This document shows, piece after piece, positions 36,898 to 50,761 of a stretch of DNA of 64,000 nucleotides. A model generated the notes under the pieces. It saw only the letters and a list, made by a program, of their open reading frames with translations. It did not search any database and had not been told where the DNA came from. How positions within the stretch are numbered: the stretch's first letter is position 1; each line of letters begins with the position of its first letter. A program made the translations under genes and the position numbers. Location: the NCBI GenBank assembly GCA_951406725.2, contig OX597816.1, forward strand, positions 101,680,001 through 101,744,000, read 5' to 3'. The stretch is from Octopus vulgaris (taxonomy: Eukaryota).

Positions 36898-39583
36898 TAT
36901 TAGGGAATAATCCAATGGTCAATGAAGTCCAGCAGGAAGAAAGCATTCCAACAAGAGTTAGCCTGGAAAAGAAAACTTCCCCTGATTGGTGGAGGCGGAC
37001 ATACGATGTAAGGGCTTCACATGGCACGTTAAGTTCCATTAGAAGATTTTCAGTTCTGAGTGACGTGACATCAAAAGCAAGTCTTGCTAGTGAAAGCATA
37101 ACCAGAGATAAAACATCCACTACAACAAATTTTCCTTCAGTGGAAGACAAACAACTCATCTTGGAGCCGAAACCTAAAAGAATCAGGATGAGGAATTCTA
37201 CAAAAGGGAAAGCCATCAACAGTGTAGCAGCCAGGAAACAAGGAAGACCAGTTATCAATTCAAAGGCAAGACAACAAACAAGCGCTTTGAACGATTCTGA
37301 ACAACTACTTGATATAATTCACAGGGAACATTCTCGAACGTTTCCTTCAGAAAACTCCCAAAACAGCGATACGGTTCAAACTACAACTGGTAGTTCTAAA
37401 ATAAACAGCATGAAAGATTTTTTGACAAGTCTTGTTAAAGTAAAAGGTTCTAAAAATCAAATAGCAAGTGAGACCAAATTGCAAACAAATAATAGAACAA
37501 ATCAGTTTATCGAACCTGAAGATTTTCTTATATCGACCACAAATGCATCTGTTGACCGCAAAGAATCCCAGCTGCTTCATTTGACTGATGAAGGTAGTGG
37601 GGTTAATGAAAATCTTGACTCTGTCTTACGTAATGAACTGGGATTTGAAATGAATGTTAATGTCGAAAATACAACTAGCAAAGCAACTATGCCAGCTGTA
37701 TCTACAAGAGGGAATATCGTAGAAAAAAATATTGATGGTTTACCGGAACGTATGTTGTCTGTAAAACCTACGTTGATATCTCAAACTGATGTAAACGATT
37801 TAGTCTTATCTCAACAGTCGCTTGAAGCTGATTCTGTTACTCTTCCAAATATATCCGTTCCAGCTTTCCATTTACAACGGAACGTTACTGAAATGGTTAA
37901 CACAGTTACTGAGCAGTTGAACATTTCTAGCGTCATCCAAGATGTATCTTTTGAAATGGAAAACCCAATAGACTATAAAAGTTCTACGGAACAAACCAGA
38001 TCCAATGATGATATACATATTAGACCTATTACAACCAATACAGACAGTCAGGCAGTTCCTAAAAATGGGATTGGAACAACTGGTCCTAATCAATCATTTA
38101 AGACCACAACAAATCCCAAGAGGAAAGTTTCTAAACTCAAAACTTCAGTTTCGCTTTCGAATTCATTTGAAATTCCTTCGACAGGTTTTGAATACAACTT
38201 GATAAATTCAACTGAATATTTGGAGAAGGTCACTCCCGTTTACAATACCAGTAAATTAGATCCATATTATTCACAGGCCCCACCAAATAATAAATCAAGC
38301 GTAAACCCACCTTTTTCACGGCAACATCTTTTAACATTAAAAAATCAAACAAAATCGCAACAAAATAGGGGAAAAAACAATCAGATATCGCAAACTTTTA
38401 ATATCACAAATAATTTTTCCTCGATCGGAGTCACTCCTCAAACAAATATCACATACGAGCCAGCCGTCAGTGAAGTAGCAAATAATACTTCTATAAAGCA
38501 TCCCCAGCTAAAACCCCAGATGACATCGGACAAAAACAATGTCCACAATGTTCTAACACCCATTAAAGCTACAACTTTAAGCTTCATAACTGGAATTGAT
38601 TCAAATACCCAAAAAACTAAAATCTCGAATCCGGTATTATCCACGTTGCTAACGTCTACAACTATCACAAGAAAGAAAGATAAAATCCATTTATCGCCAT
38701 CCGAAGAGTTACAACCTGAAACTTCGGCAACGAATAATGAGGAGGTTTTCACATACAGCCAACTATACCCATCCACTCTTCACATACCTAAACCTACAAC
38801 ACAGACTGAGTTTCGAACACTAAAAATATCTACAGATACAAGAACGATTGAACATACCGGAAACAAAGAATATTTTCATGGAACTTCAACGTTTTCAACT
38901 CCCAGAATAGTAAGTTCTGATAATTCTGATACCATTCCTGCTATTATGTCTGAGTCTAAAACTGCAGAGTCAAAAACTGTCCCATCAAATGTTAATGAAG
39001 CTCGTTCTACTCTAAATCCCAAAGTGAACACCAAATTCCACGAAAGATTCCCTTTTACTCCTTCCAGTGTTCGTCAAGTGTTTACTACAATCTCTCCAAA
39101 GTCAACTACATCCAGTAGTTTCTTGAAAATAACGCTGCCAAAGTGGATAATAATCTCGAGAAATTTCGAAGATTTTCTTCGACTTTCAAATAGAATGACA
39201 CCAAAACAAAAATCAAATATAAACTTGTCATCTTCATTGTCCTCTACATCTACAAAAGCAGTAACTGTTCCCAAATACAGATTTACCCCACGATGGTCAA
39301 CTGTATTCTTAAAAGAACAAAAACTGTATGAACCAACGACTCTAATAAGACCGGGCAAAAGAAGAAGTAGTAGTAGTACCCAGCTAAAAGGAAAACGACA
39401 AGAAATCCTTAATAAACCCCGACCTATCGGATCTCCTATACGACAAGTTCAAAATATGCAAAAAGAAATTATACTCAGTCCAAGGGAAATTTTTATAAAA
39501 TACTGGCCAGCAATCACTGGCTCGACTTTTGGAGCCCTATTTCTTCTGGCAGCCATCTTAACATCAGTTGTCTGCAAAAGAAG
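35066..39583 (+). CDS. Delta-like C2/mucin gene, exon D: 4518-bp exon with last C2 strand, CxxC, Ser/Thr mucin-like stalk and TM helix
   Basis: tttctttcag|C completes AG+C=Ser. LEFNWSITCSDCSR continues with no stop into the 1460-aa ORF (35205 is an in-frame TTG, not the start). Ends with TM WPAITGSTFGALFLLAAILTSVVC-KR and an AG|gtaatt donor. Confidence 0.9.
36795..36897 (+). repeat. Coding (AGT)n poly-Ser tract
   Basis: In frame within exon D. Confidence 0.95.
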
Positions 39584-39925
39584 GTAATTGTTAATTGTTC
39601 GTTCTCTTCTTTAATTTTGATATTTTAAATGACTAACATTTGTGGGTATCATGTTGATGATGCATGAATTTTATTATTTCATCAAACAACTTCATCACTA
39701 AAAGATTAGATTGTGAATACCAGCAAAACAATGATTTTATTAGTCGAGACTGTTTCAGTAGTTGTTTTTGCTATTTATTCCGTGACACCTTTTTCTTTTT
39801 TCGGGAATAGTATACTTCCGACTACATTATCCAATATGCCCTTTTTAAATTTGTTAGCGTATAATTTCGAGAACGATGTCGCTTTATTTCTGGTATATTG
39901 TCCTAGTATATAGGGCAAGTTGCTG

Positions 39926-39958
<33 letters not shown>

Positions 39959-39998
39959 CATGCATGTATATATATATCTTTATATATATATGCATATG

Positions 39999-40033
<35 letters not shown>

Positions 40034-40200
40034 ATACATATACATATACATATATACATATATATATACATGTATATATATACATGTATGTATGTATATA
40101 TGTATATCTATATATATGTGTGTGTGTGTGTGTGTGTGCGCGGATGTATGTATGTACGTATGTATATATATTTATATATTTATATATATATATATACACA

Positions 40201-41530
40201 CAAGCTTTTAATGACCATCGTGAGCTGCATAGCGTTGAAAACCCCTGTCTGTTAGCTCTTTGTTGAACGGAAGTCAGCAGCGTAGTAAATCTTTGTTGTA
40301 AGGTGTGGGAAGCTCGTGTAGCAGCCATGTTGGCACCATTCCTGACCAGGTGTGTAGTGCGTTGGTCTTTGTTCTTTGCAGCTCGTGCAGCAGCAGCAGT
40401 TCGTCGAAGTTTACGTTGGACATCTGTTTGGAGTGCTCTTGTAGTGGCTGTACGTTCTGCATTTTGTAATCGTCTAACAGAAATTTCCAATGACGATTCA
40501 TTTGCCCTCCTTGCTGATGTTCTTAACCGCTTTCGCAGTTTTACGGTCAATTGAATCTCTTCCTTCGGCGCATGACCTAAAATAAGCAGGAGGAAATACA
40601 CTCATATACACTGTTAAGTATTAAACATTAATTGAAGGGTTACTATGTAACTGTAATTAACTTGCAAGCTTGCAACTTCTGCAATAATAATTAACTGGTA
40701 GTTGAACGGTAAATGTGTAAAATAAGATGATGCTAGTGTTATGACATTAGAATGAAAATGGAAACAATGAAAGTGAAATAATATTATAGTCTTTTCACAA
40801 TATAATATGCATAATAGTGAACCAGTGTAAAAGATTGTCCGCGCCCGCGTTAGGCAAGAAGTTAGAAATTGTTTTGGTCCATGACACTCCATGGATCGTA
40901 AGTAAGGAATGTGTAAAATTTTTAAAAATTAATAAGAACTCATTAGTAAATTAAATTCTGGACGCTTGTGATTTACATTAGCCATGAGCACCATGGTATT
41001 TCTAGCACGTCCTGCTACCACTGAACAGGTATTTGCGAAGTTATCTCGTAAAAGAGTAAGTAAATGTGTGTAAAGCGGACCATGAGTGCAGTTAGATTCT
41101 GCCCAGTTGGACAGAAGTTGTTGAATGGGAATCAACCGTACACCATACAGGGTTAATGTAACGAAGTGTGAATTTGCATTGTTCAATGATAGAACGATGA
41201 AATTATTTACTTGGAGGAAAACTTGTGAATCTGTTTCGAATCACAAACAAAATGAATGTTACTGTAAATGTGCAATGAAAGTGAAACATTGTTATAAACC
41301 GGAAGAACAAAATTGAAACATAGATGTTATTCTTTCACTTTTGACATGTAATAGCGAACCAATGTAAAAAAAAATTGTTCCGGGCCGAACTAGGCAAGAA
41401 GATGAAAACTTTTTTTTTTTGGCCTATGACACTCCATGGACCGTATGTAATGTATGTGTTAGATTTGAATGAAATCGGTTGTGTAGTTCTCGAGTTTTGG
41501 GGATTCACACAGACACACACACATTCTCAT

Positions 41531-41545
<15 letters not shown>
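40201..41545 (-). mobile_element. Helitron 5' portion with RepHel N-terminal remnant
   Basis: The minus strand starts TATATAAAGATGAGAATGTGTG..., as in Helitron 5' ends. The Arg/Ala-rich repeat ORF RRANESSLEISVRRLQNAERTATTRA resembles RepHel N-termini. Confidence 0.6.
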
Positions 41546-41569
<24 letters not shown>

Positions 41570-41627
41570 AATTCCTCTATTTACATAATATCGAGGTCTC
41601 TTTCTTTTGTTATCTTACCGTTTTTAT

Positions 41628-41659
<32 letters not shown>

Positions 41660-41881
41660 TTATATATGAGGATAATATCGATATTTAAGTGTCGAAATTA
41701 TCAAGTGGCCAGCATGAAAGAAATACCTTACAAAGGTAAAAAAATTTTTAACAATTAAAAATGAGGGTGTCTAAAAGACACCAACATGCCGAAATAGCAG
41801 TCGAAATTCTGACTATAAAACCACGTTAAATGTTCATATCGCACCATGAGGTAAAGCGGGGGGACAAAACATACAAGCAAG

Positions 41882-41925
<44 letters not shown>

Positions 41926-42001
41926 GATTGGCATAATAAACTGATCATATTTTGTTTTCTCTTCGCAATACATTGACTTGTTTCTCTTACTTTTCATACA
42001 G

Positions 42002-42260
42002 GACTTACATACGATCACGACGCACAACTAGGCCGTCGCATCCTCCTCACAACCAGAACCAAAACCACATCACCACACATTCAGTACCGCAGTCATCATC
42101 GCCACTACCACCACCGCCGCCGCCGCTGCCACCACCGCCACCTCCACCACCACCACCAGCAATGCAAGAAGCCGTTGAATTTCCTTCGGAGTCTTCTCTC
42201 TGTGGGGACACTGCTCCCACAGATCATCACGTGCCGACCACAATTGTAGAAATTTCTTGA
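42002..42260 (+). CDS. Delta-like C2/mucin gene, exon E: proline-rich cytoplasmic tail and stop
   Basis: Polypyrimidine tract then atacag|G completes AG+G=Arg. Encodes TYIRSRRTTRPSHPP...LPPPPPPLPPPPPPPPPP...PTTIVEIS*. Exons A-E total 5232 nt, divisible by 3. Confidence 0.8.
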
Positions 42261-42578
42261 AACATGAAACAAAAACAAGAACAAAAATCTAAACTGTCTT
42301 TAAAAACTTATGATGATCATATTGTCATTTTAACTGAATCATGTAGATAATTTGGTTCACTTGCGAATATTTCACCATTGTAACTATTCTGCAACCTTGA
42401 CAACCACTGAACTTGTATGTATATGTTTGTATATATTTGCTCATATATTTTCTCTTATATGCATATATACACGCATATATACATGTATATGTATATACAT
42501 ATATATATATATGTATATACAAATATATATACATATACACATATACACATATATATATACATATATACACACATAATA

Positions 42579-42614
<36 letters not shown>

Positions 42615-42630
42615 CATACATACATATATA

Positions 42631-42720
<90 letters not shown>

Positions 42721-43807
42721 TTTCTCATACTTTGACATGCAAAAACATGAGTGTGCTCAATATTCGTTTATATTAAAAGTGTGCAGATACAAATGTAATG
42801 TATGGTATTATATGCGCGGTAACTAGAAATTATATACCCTTTCTTAAACAAAATTACATATTTTCCAACCATTAAGCATATCTTCAGAATCATGAAATAC
42901 GTTTTAACAAATTTACACTTCCGCTTCGTTTTTGTCGTTTTGATCTCCGACTGAAGCGTTGTGTATAAATAATTTTTTGCAGGGGAAAGGCTATAAAATT
43001 GATAGTTGTAAAATGTATGATCTTATAAACTTCATGTATATATATTTGTGAGTGATAACCCAATCCTTTCAGCCTCATATGATTTATTGTTTAAATTATC
43101 CGACAGAGGCTCTATTTACCGCTGTCATTATTAACGGCACGAGTACCCTGATGTGTAAATATTTTGAGGAATGGTGAAACAAGTAACTATCCTATAAACC
43201 GTAATTCCTTATTATTTTTCATTTATAGTCGATAGTCATTCTAATAATTAGAGAATTTTATATCATACTAAATGCATATATGCTGTTTCAAAGTATTCTA
43301 AATTGAGGTATTCGTCACGAGAAAGCATCTCTTATAAAGTTTAGAAGGTTTTCTGCAGTATATATGCTTTAAGTATGATATACAGATGGCTAATTTGAAC
43401 TAATATTGCATTTGTCACAAATAGTGAATTACTATCCTCACAATATTCGTTGTTCAAAATTTTGGTTGGGGTATGAGTTTCTATTTCTTGTTGCCACATA
43501 CGCATACATGTACACACGCACATGCTCGACGATACGCACAACAACTGTATATAATAACTACATTTCCACTTTGTAAAGCTGTGTATTCGTTTTTGATTAA
43601 ATCCGAAATTCTTACATATACATATATAAGGTGTGTACATTTGGCTAGGAGGGAGCCTATGTATTTGGGGGTAGGACCTATGTATATTTCATAGATTATA
43701 AATAGTTGTTTTAAATACATTCACTTGTACAGCATATGGTGAAAATAAGCGGACAATATCACCTACATGTAATTATATACATATACATACATTTGTATAA
43801 ATATGTA

Positions 43808-43847
<40 letters not shown>

Positions 43848-46639
43848 TGTGTGTGTGTGCGTGCGTGTGTGTACATGAGTATACATATACCAATACCTAT
43901 ATGCATGTATATATCTATATATATATATATATATATATACATGCTACATGTTTTTATAGAACATGTATACATATATTTAACATATGCATGCATTCAAACG
44001 TGTGCGTGCTCGTGTTCATGTGAATATATGAAATATTTCAATTATTTTGCAGCATTATTTGTGTTTTTTATCATTTCCTTTTTTTATTATTTTGAGGGTG
44101 AGGGTGAGATGAGGTGCTCCGCCATCTGTTATGTAAGAACATAAAAAAATTTTTAATCGTTTATTTTAAAATCAACAACCTTACGAAAGCAACTTTTTGA
44201 ATTTATCAAATCATGTCAAGTGATATATCTATACTGTAACAGTGACATTGGATTGTTTTCGGGGGGCTTTTTATTTTGTTTTTTTATTTTTCGTTGATTT
44301 TTGAACCATGTCCCAGCGTGGATACCTGAGTGGATGAGGTTTATCTTGTCTAAATGTATTTTATATTGTGATATATTGAGGACACTTCAATGAAACATTA
44401 AGTCATCGCTGTTCGCAACCCATTTTCAATTCCCAATTGTGACATTTTCATTCATTTCGTTGTAAGTTTTTGAGTGAAAAGTTTTATAATAATAACATGA
44501 AAGTCATTATTTTCCATTTATCTTTTATCAACTTGAGTCTTCGCAATTATGTAAACATGCACTATTATATGTTGTTATTTACCACTGCAACAGATCAGCA
44601 ATTATCATGCAGGCCCGTGATCAAAGGCGTCATCGGTGACCATTCTGTGCTTTATTCCAACAGTATAGCAATGCATTATTAATCAATGGACACTACATTT
44701 AACAAAAGTACTGAAGGGAGTGAAATGAGGGATATTTTACATCTACATCTAGCATGTCGATCCCTCACACTAAGGCTTGCTCGTTGAACATTATAACATA
44801 ACATTATATTATGTTCTAACATATCAAATTGTTAGTATAACTAGACTATATTAACATAGATTATACGTGAAACCTTTCACCTTGGATTACATTGAGATGG
44901 ATCACTGCGAACACTTTCAAGAGCAGTTACTATCAACATCATCACTCATTTAGATCAATGAGCATAAGAAATGTTATTTTCCTGTCCCAATGTATCAAAC
45001 CGAGGACCTGGACACCCTTTTGCTAACTAGAAGTATTGTCTATAGGACTACACGATATTTCTACGGATCACGAAATTGCCGAATTTTTTTAGTAAGAGAT
45101 ATTGAAGCAGCCAGCGAAAGATCTTAACAAGACTTCTGAGTATTATCTAAGAGTCGTAATAGGAAGTTTCTCTTGGATAATGTCCAGACACCTGATTACT
45201 CCAGGCGAAATGGCATAATTTCGCAGACTTTTGCCAAGTTATCTTCTTTCCACAATAATCATAAGTTTTGACTTGGTAGACATAGAGTAGCCTAGATTCA
45301 CTTTTTTAATCTTCAACAATTTCGAAAATGTAACCCCTTGACCTCTAAGAATTGGCCCAACTATTGCACTAATGGATCCTTTGTCTTTCCAGAAACATTT
45401 CTGAACAATCCCGCGAATAATTTATGTGTGCGATACAAATATAACGTGTATCAAGAGTTCTTTTATTTCTCTTGTACATTTCAACATATGGGAGTAGAGT
45501 TGCTTGTTTGTTTATTAATAGAAGAAAGATGGGCAGCGCATACAATCTTTGTAGGACAACCTGACAGAACAGAGCGGTATGCTTTAACAGCATTTTCAAC
45601 TACGGTGGGTCTGATAACAATAGGACAAATATGAGCGGGGTAGACAATTCAAGTAGAAAAAATGGATGGACAAAGAGATTTTGCAGATCCTAGAGGCAAT
45701 GGGACGAGAGGCAGATACCCCTGGGTGTCGTTGGTGTATGTGGCATGCAACTTTCCCATTTAGAGGGACAAAGTCTATTATAACAGCAATATCATAACAG
45801 AAAGAAAAAAGTGCATCATTGAGATAGTAATCGTTAGGTGTTAGCGCTCGCTTATCTGAACAACAGAATAGCCTTCTTTTATATGGTCTATTATGCTTAT
45901 GTATGTGTAGCAGCTCCACTGTCCAATATATATAAGCACTACCCCAGTATGGATCTACTTCAGTTTTTGTAATCAGCAAATGAACATAGTTGATGAGGAC
46001 TTTGAAAAGGAAGCTCGGGCTGTGAATGTCAGGTTTGATTTTCGGAGCTGACGAAGCTGAACGACACAGAAACATGCGTCCTACGATTCAATGATATCAT
46101 TCACAGCACTTCCGCCTTCACAAAACTGTCTTCACAGATGCCTAGAAGGAGAATTTTCTCCCCGACGATCTCTGCAATGATTTTACACGAATGTTCTTTA
46201 TTCAACGCATGCTTCGTGCGACATTATACAGACAGTTATGTGCGTGCATGTATGTATACTCACACACACACGCATGCACGCACGCACGCACGCACGCATA
46301 CATACGTTATATATATATATAAAGAGAGAAAAAGAGGGATATGTAGATATAGATATACACTCACACTTGTACACACGTTCACATACACGTACGTTCTCAG
46401 CGTTTACATGCGCCATAAGGTTAGGCTATGACATCAACAAAATATCAAACATCCCCATTCAAGTTAATCAATTAATTAAATCTGTATTCATCTCAATATG
46501 TTTCGTAATCAGAGATATACAACAGTGACTTACCAGTGTCACGAACTCCTTTTCAGAAAAAGCCAATGGTTATCGTGACTTTCATGTATCTTTTTTATTT
46601 TTCATTCCACAAAGTGTGTGATCCGCATTAAACTGCGCC

Positions 46640-47100
46640 TTATTTGGAACACAGTGTGTCATGTTTGTAACAAGCTATACACGCAATGACAGTGTATCTT
46701 GTCTGTAACAGTGTGTTGTTTGTAACACAGTATTTTCCTGTAACACAATGTTTAATACTGTAAAATAGCTTACCTCTTTATGCGTTTGATCTTAAATATA
46801 CTCCCAGTGATAATGAACTGTGCCTTACCTGTAACACATTGTCTTGTTTCGAACTACTTCATATTTTACCTGTAGCAGATATATGATTCATTTTACCAGT
46901 GATAACGAACTGTATCTTGCCAGTAATACATTGAATCTGATTTGTAACGTATGTAACGTACAGTATAATTTTTCCTTGAACAGATATACACTGTATATTG
47001 CCAATGATACTAAACAATATCTTGCCTGTAACATATTGCATCTTGTTTGTAATATATTGTAACATAATGTAACACAATGCATTTTTTCCATAAACCGGTT
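46640..47100. repeat. Diverged ~20-bp minisatellite
   Basis: Recurring TGTATCTTGCCTGTAACA(C/T)A-like units. Confidence 0.7.
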
Positions 47101-48734
47101 TTCCTTGCATGTAAAATTAGGTGTGCTACATGTAACATACCGCGTTCTTTGTATCATACTATATCTTGAAATTAAAATTTTACATCTTTGCCAGATTGTG
47201 TTGTATATTGCCAATATTCTGATGTATCTTCCATTTTACAACGTAAATTATCAGCAATCTATTAAACTAAATGTGATTTAACTACAATATTTATGATTTT
47301 CCCAGAACATTATGTAACTTTCTATCATGCATTACACATTATTCGTGATATGATATGACTTGCTTGTATTATGGTGTCTACTCTTTGCTGGAATTGTATC
47401 AAGAATTTTATGAGCTAAATTATGAAGTTCATTTCTAACAACATACCATGATGATGTACCGTCTATTGCTACAATGCGTTCTTGTACAGCATCTAACGAA
47501 TGCAGCTTTCCAACATTTTAGACGCTTTCAAAGCTTCATGGTATTATGATTTCTGGCAGCCGGTTTTATTACCAGAAGTAGTCTGGCTCTTACTAAGCCA
47601 TGGTCAGTTCAGCATTCAGCACTTTGCATAGAATGGACATTGCAGGCATCTTGTTCGCGGACAATCCCGTAGTCAGCTAAATGTAATGGCGGGATTCTGG
47701 GTGCATCCAGATTATAACGTTGTCAACTTTGTGTTTGAATTACGTACTTGAAATATAAGACGAAACTCGGTGCAAAACTCCAGCAAAAGCAAACCATTAT
47801 TGCTTACTTTCCCCGCACCATACCTTCCCAAGCAACTCCAAGTTTCACAGTATTTGCCAACTCATGCATTAAAGTTTCCAATGAGAATATTTTTCACTAT
47901 CAGGAACATATCACTGTACATGCAATAAGGAGTCATAAAAATCGGCTTTTGTAGCTTCATCAATAGCAATTGTGAGAACATACACACTGGTTACAGTTGA
48001 ATATTGACCAGAATATTCAACTTGATAGAAGCAGTCGCATTGTCATCGACCGTTCATGAACACCAGAGAGAAGTTCTGTTAGTCTGTGAATTAAACTTGT
48101 GCTGATCGCTAAACCCACACCTGCTTCTCTACTATTTTGAGCGTCCCGTCTCTTCCAAAAAAAAGATGTATGTACACCACCAATCTCTTGTGACTGTCCA
48201 TCCTCAGGAAGATGAACCTCTGGAAAAGGTTTATTGATGCCTTGAAATTAATGCAGTTCTACATTCTGGAGTCATCCATTTTGATTATCAACCAGAATTT
48301 ACACATTCCAGAATTCTATGTTTAATTGGAATTTAGGTTTCGTATTTTCTCTTGTATTTCAAGCGGATAAATTAAAGTCCGTCAGCCGCGCCAAACTGAT
48401 TAGACTGAATGAATAAGACATACATACATACATACATACATACATACATACATACATACATACACACACACACATGCCTTTATTGGATATCAATCCCACG
48501 TATTCACTGTATTTCTGTTCACTTTGTTTACATGTACACAACTAGTCTATTTTTCATTTCATTCTTAAATACTGGTGTTTAGTAAGAACCACTTTGAGAA
48601 ATGTTGTACAGCGGCAGCAGGATTTGAACCTAGAACTTCAAACTTTAAACAATGGTCATTAACTAAAAGGAACCTCCGACTTCATTTGTTGATGATGTGA
48701 ACCATGTGCTTCTTTATGATATTTATTTAGAGCC

Positions 48735-49180
48735 AAGGCGGCGAGCTGGCAGAAACGTTAGCACGCCGGGCGAAATGCTTTGCAGTATTTCGTCCGCCGT
48801 TACGTTGTGAGTTCAAATTCCGCCGAGGTCGACTTTACCTTTCATCCTTTCGGGGTCGATTAAATAAGTACCAGTTACACACTGGGGTCGATGTAATCGA
48901 CTTAATCCCTTTGTCTGTCCTTGTTTGTCCCCTCTGTGTTTAGCCCCTTGTGGGCAATAAAGAAATAAGAATCAATCGTTAGCACGTCGGGCGAAATGCT
49001 TAGCGGTATTTCGTCTGTCTTTATGTTCTGAGTTTAAATTCTGCCGAAGTTGACTTTGCCTTTCATCCTTTCGGGGTCGATAAATTAAGAACCAGTTGCG
49101 TACTGGAGTCGATCTAATCGACTGGCCCTCTCCCTCAAAATTTCAGGCCTTGTGTCTACAGTAGAAAGGATATTCATTTA
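48735..49180 (+). mobile_element. SINE dimer, first family, young
   Basis: Two nearly intact units with head, B-box and central box. Confidence 0.92.
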
Positions 49181-50412
49181 GAGTCAATCGAGTAGACTGT
49201 AGAGTGTCTTTGCCATCACAAACATAGTATGATGATAAAATGAGAAAGGTTAATGAGCAGAGCCGATCAGTCAATATCAGTCTTTGAGTCAACAATCTTT
49301 GAGCAATGAGTTCTCCTATATAACTTTGTTCATAATCATATGACAATTTCAGTTTATAAGTACGCAGAGGTAATGTTTCGTTGCAACCGTTGCAGGCTTG
49401 AAATCTTTAATGCTTGTACAAGGTGTCTTTTTGGTTTTTGTGGTAGATATTTAAGTGTAATGCGTTTAATGTAGTGCTGGCTTGTTTCACATAGATCATC
49501 ACATAAACTCGCCGATCATTCAATGTGAAGGCAGATCACGACGTTTAGAGGCAGAAACCCAGAGACCCTGGCATGGGAGTAATTACTAAAGTCACTTCCT
49601 GTTGCCTTTTCCTGGCCATAAATGAATTTTGAATACAGAACTACAACGTTACGAAACACTTAAATATCGAAACTGCTCCTCGTCCAGTATGTATTTACAA
49701 GTAAGTAACCTGAGACATCGAAGGTTAGCACCTCTGCCATACACGTAGGTTGATACCGTTAACGATTTTTTTTCTAGTTGCCACACTAAGATGTTTTATT
49801 TTGCCAGGAAAGAAGTTAACGAAGCGTTAAACTTTTTGGCTGGCAAACTTGAAGTCTGATCATCTGGCTGACTGCAATATTCCATGCAGCTAATAATCAG
49901 AAGAAAATAACTTTCAATATACATCTCATAAAATTGTTTGAGTTAGTTTCAAATTACTGCTAAGGTGGGAAGAAGGTGTATGACGAAGTTTTTGCCGATA
50001 ATTTACCAAAATAACTGAATCAACAGATGAAATAACACAATATTCTCTTGACACAGCTTGATAGCAAAGAAGCGAGCGGAACCTCGGAAGTGGTAAATAT
50101 CTAAGAGAGGTGCAAACCGCAGACTACACTTCAGGCCAAAGATATCTTGATTAAATGAAGTTTATATCGTCGTTATGAGGCCTATGTTAACACGCGGAAT
50201 ATTCGATCAGAATGCGTAGAGAGCATATTTGTTATCAATAATTCTCTCTATTATAGACACAAGGCCCGAAATATTGTGTGAAGAGATCAGTCGATTACAT
50301 CGAACTCAGTGAATTTGATCTCGGGGCATAAAGCCGGGTGGGATGCTAAAGGCTAGTAGTAGCTTAGTTGACGTTCAGTGGACTATTAGCACGCATTAGC
50401 AGCAGTAGTAGT

Positions 50413-50706
50413 CAAAATTCCGGAAACAGGGGGTGCATGTGGTGCGCTTGCACCCCCTAAAATTTTGGTGGGTGCAAAATCAAAATTTGCATCTCCTACA
50501 TACTTTGCCCGGTTTAGAAGATAGTGTCTAAAAATTGATCTGTAAAAAGTTGCTTGAAGTTAGATTTCTTCTCAAAACAGAACGAAAGACAAAAATTACA
50601 TTTTTAAAAAAGTTCAAAATGTTAACTGATGAAGCTGGTCATAAAATTCTCAAAGGTATCCTAGAAAGACATACTACTGAACTAAAGCATTATCAACATC
50701 AAAATT

Positions 50707-50761
<55 letters not shown>

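Noticed and set aside
35205-39587. 1460-aa ORF as a standalone intronless gene
   Set aside because: The start is a TTG, the frame is open back to the 35066 acceptor, and a donor at 39583/39584 precedes the stop.
42325-42826. Stacked ORFs rich in YI, HT and CV (also near 1709, 5255, 10152, 30354, 33918, 39876)
   Set aside because: They are translations of di- and tetranucleotide microsatellites.
44550-46130. More complex sequence that looks coding-like (also 10500-11550, 47430-48300, 49500-50250)
   Set aside because: Only faint RT-like traces and no open frame or exon chain. Probably old TE relics that I cannot classify.
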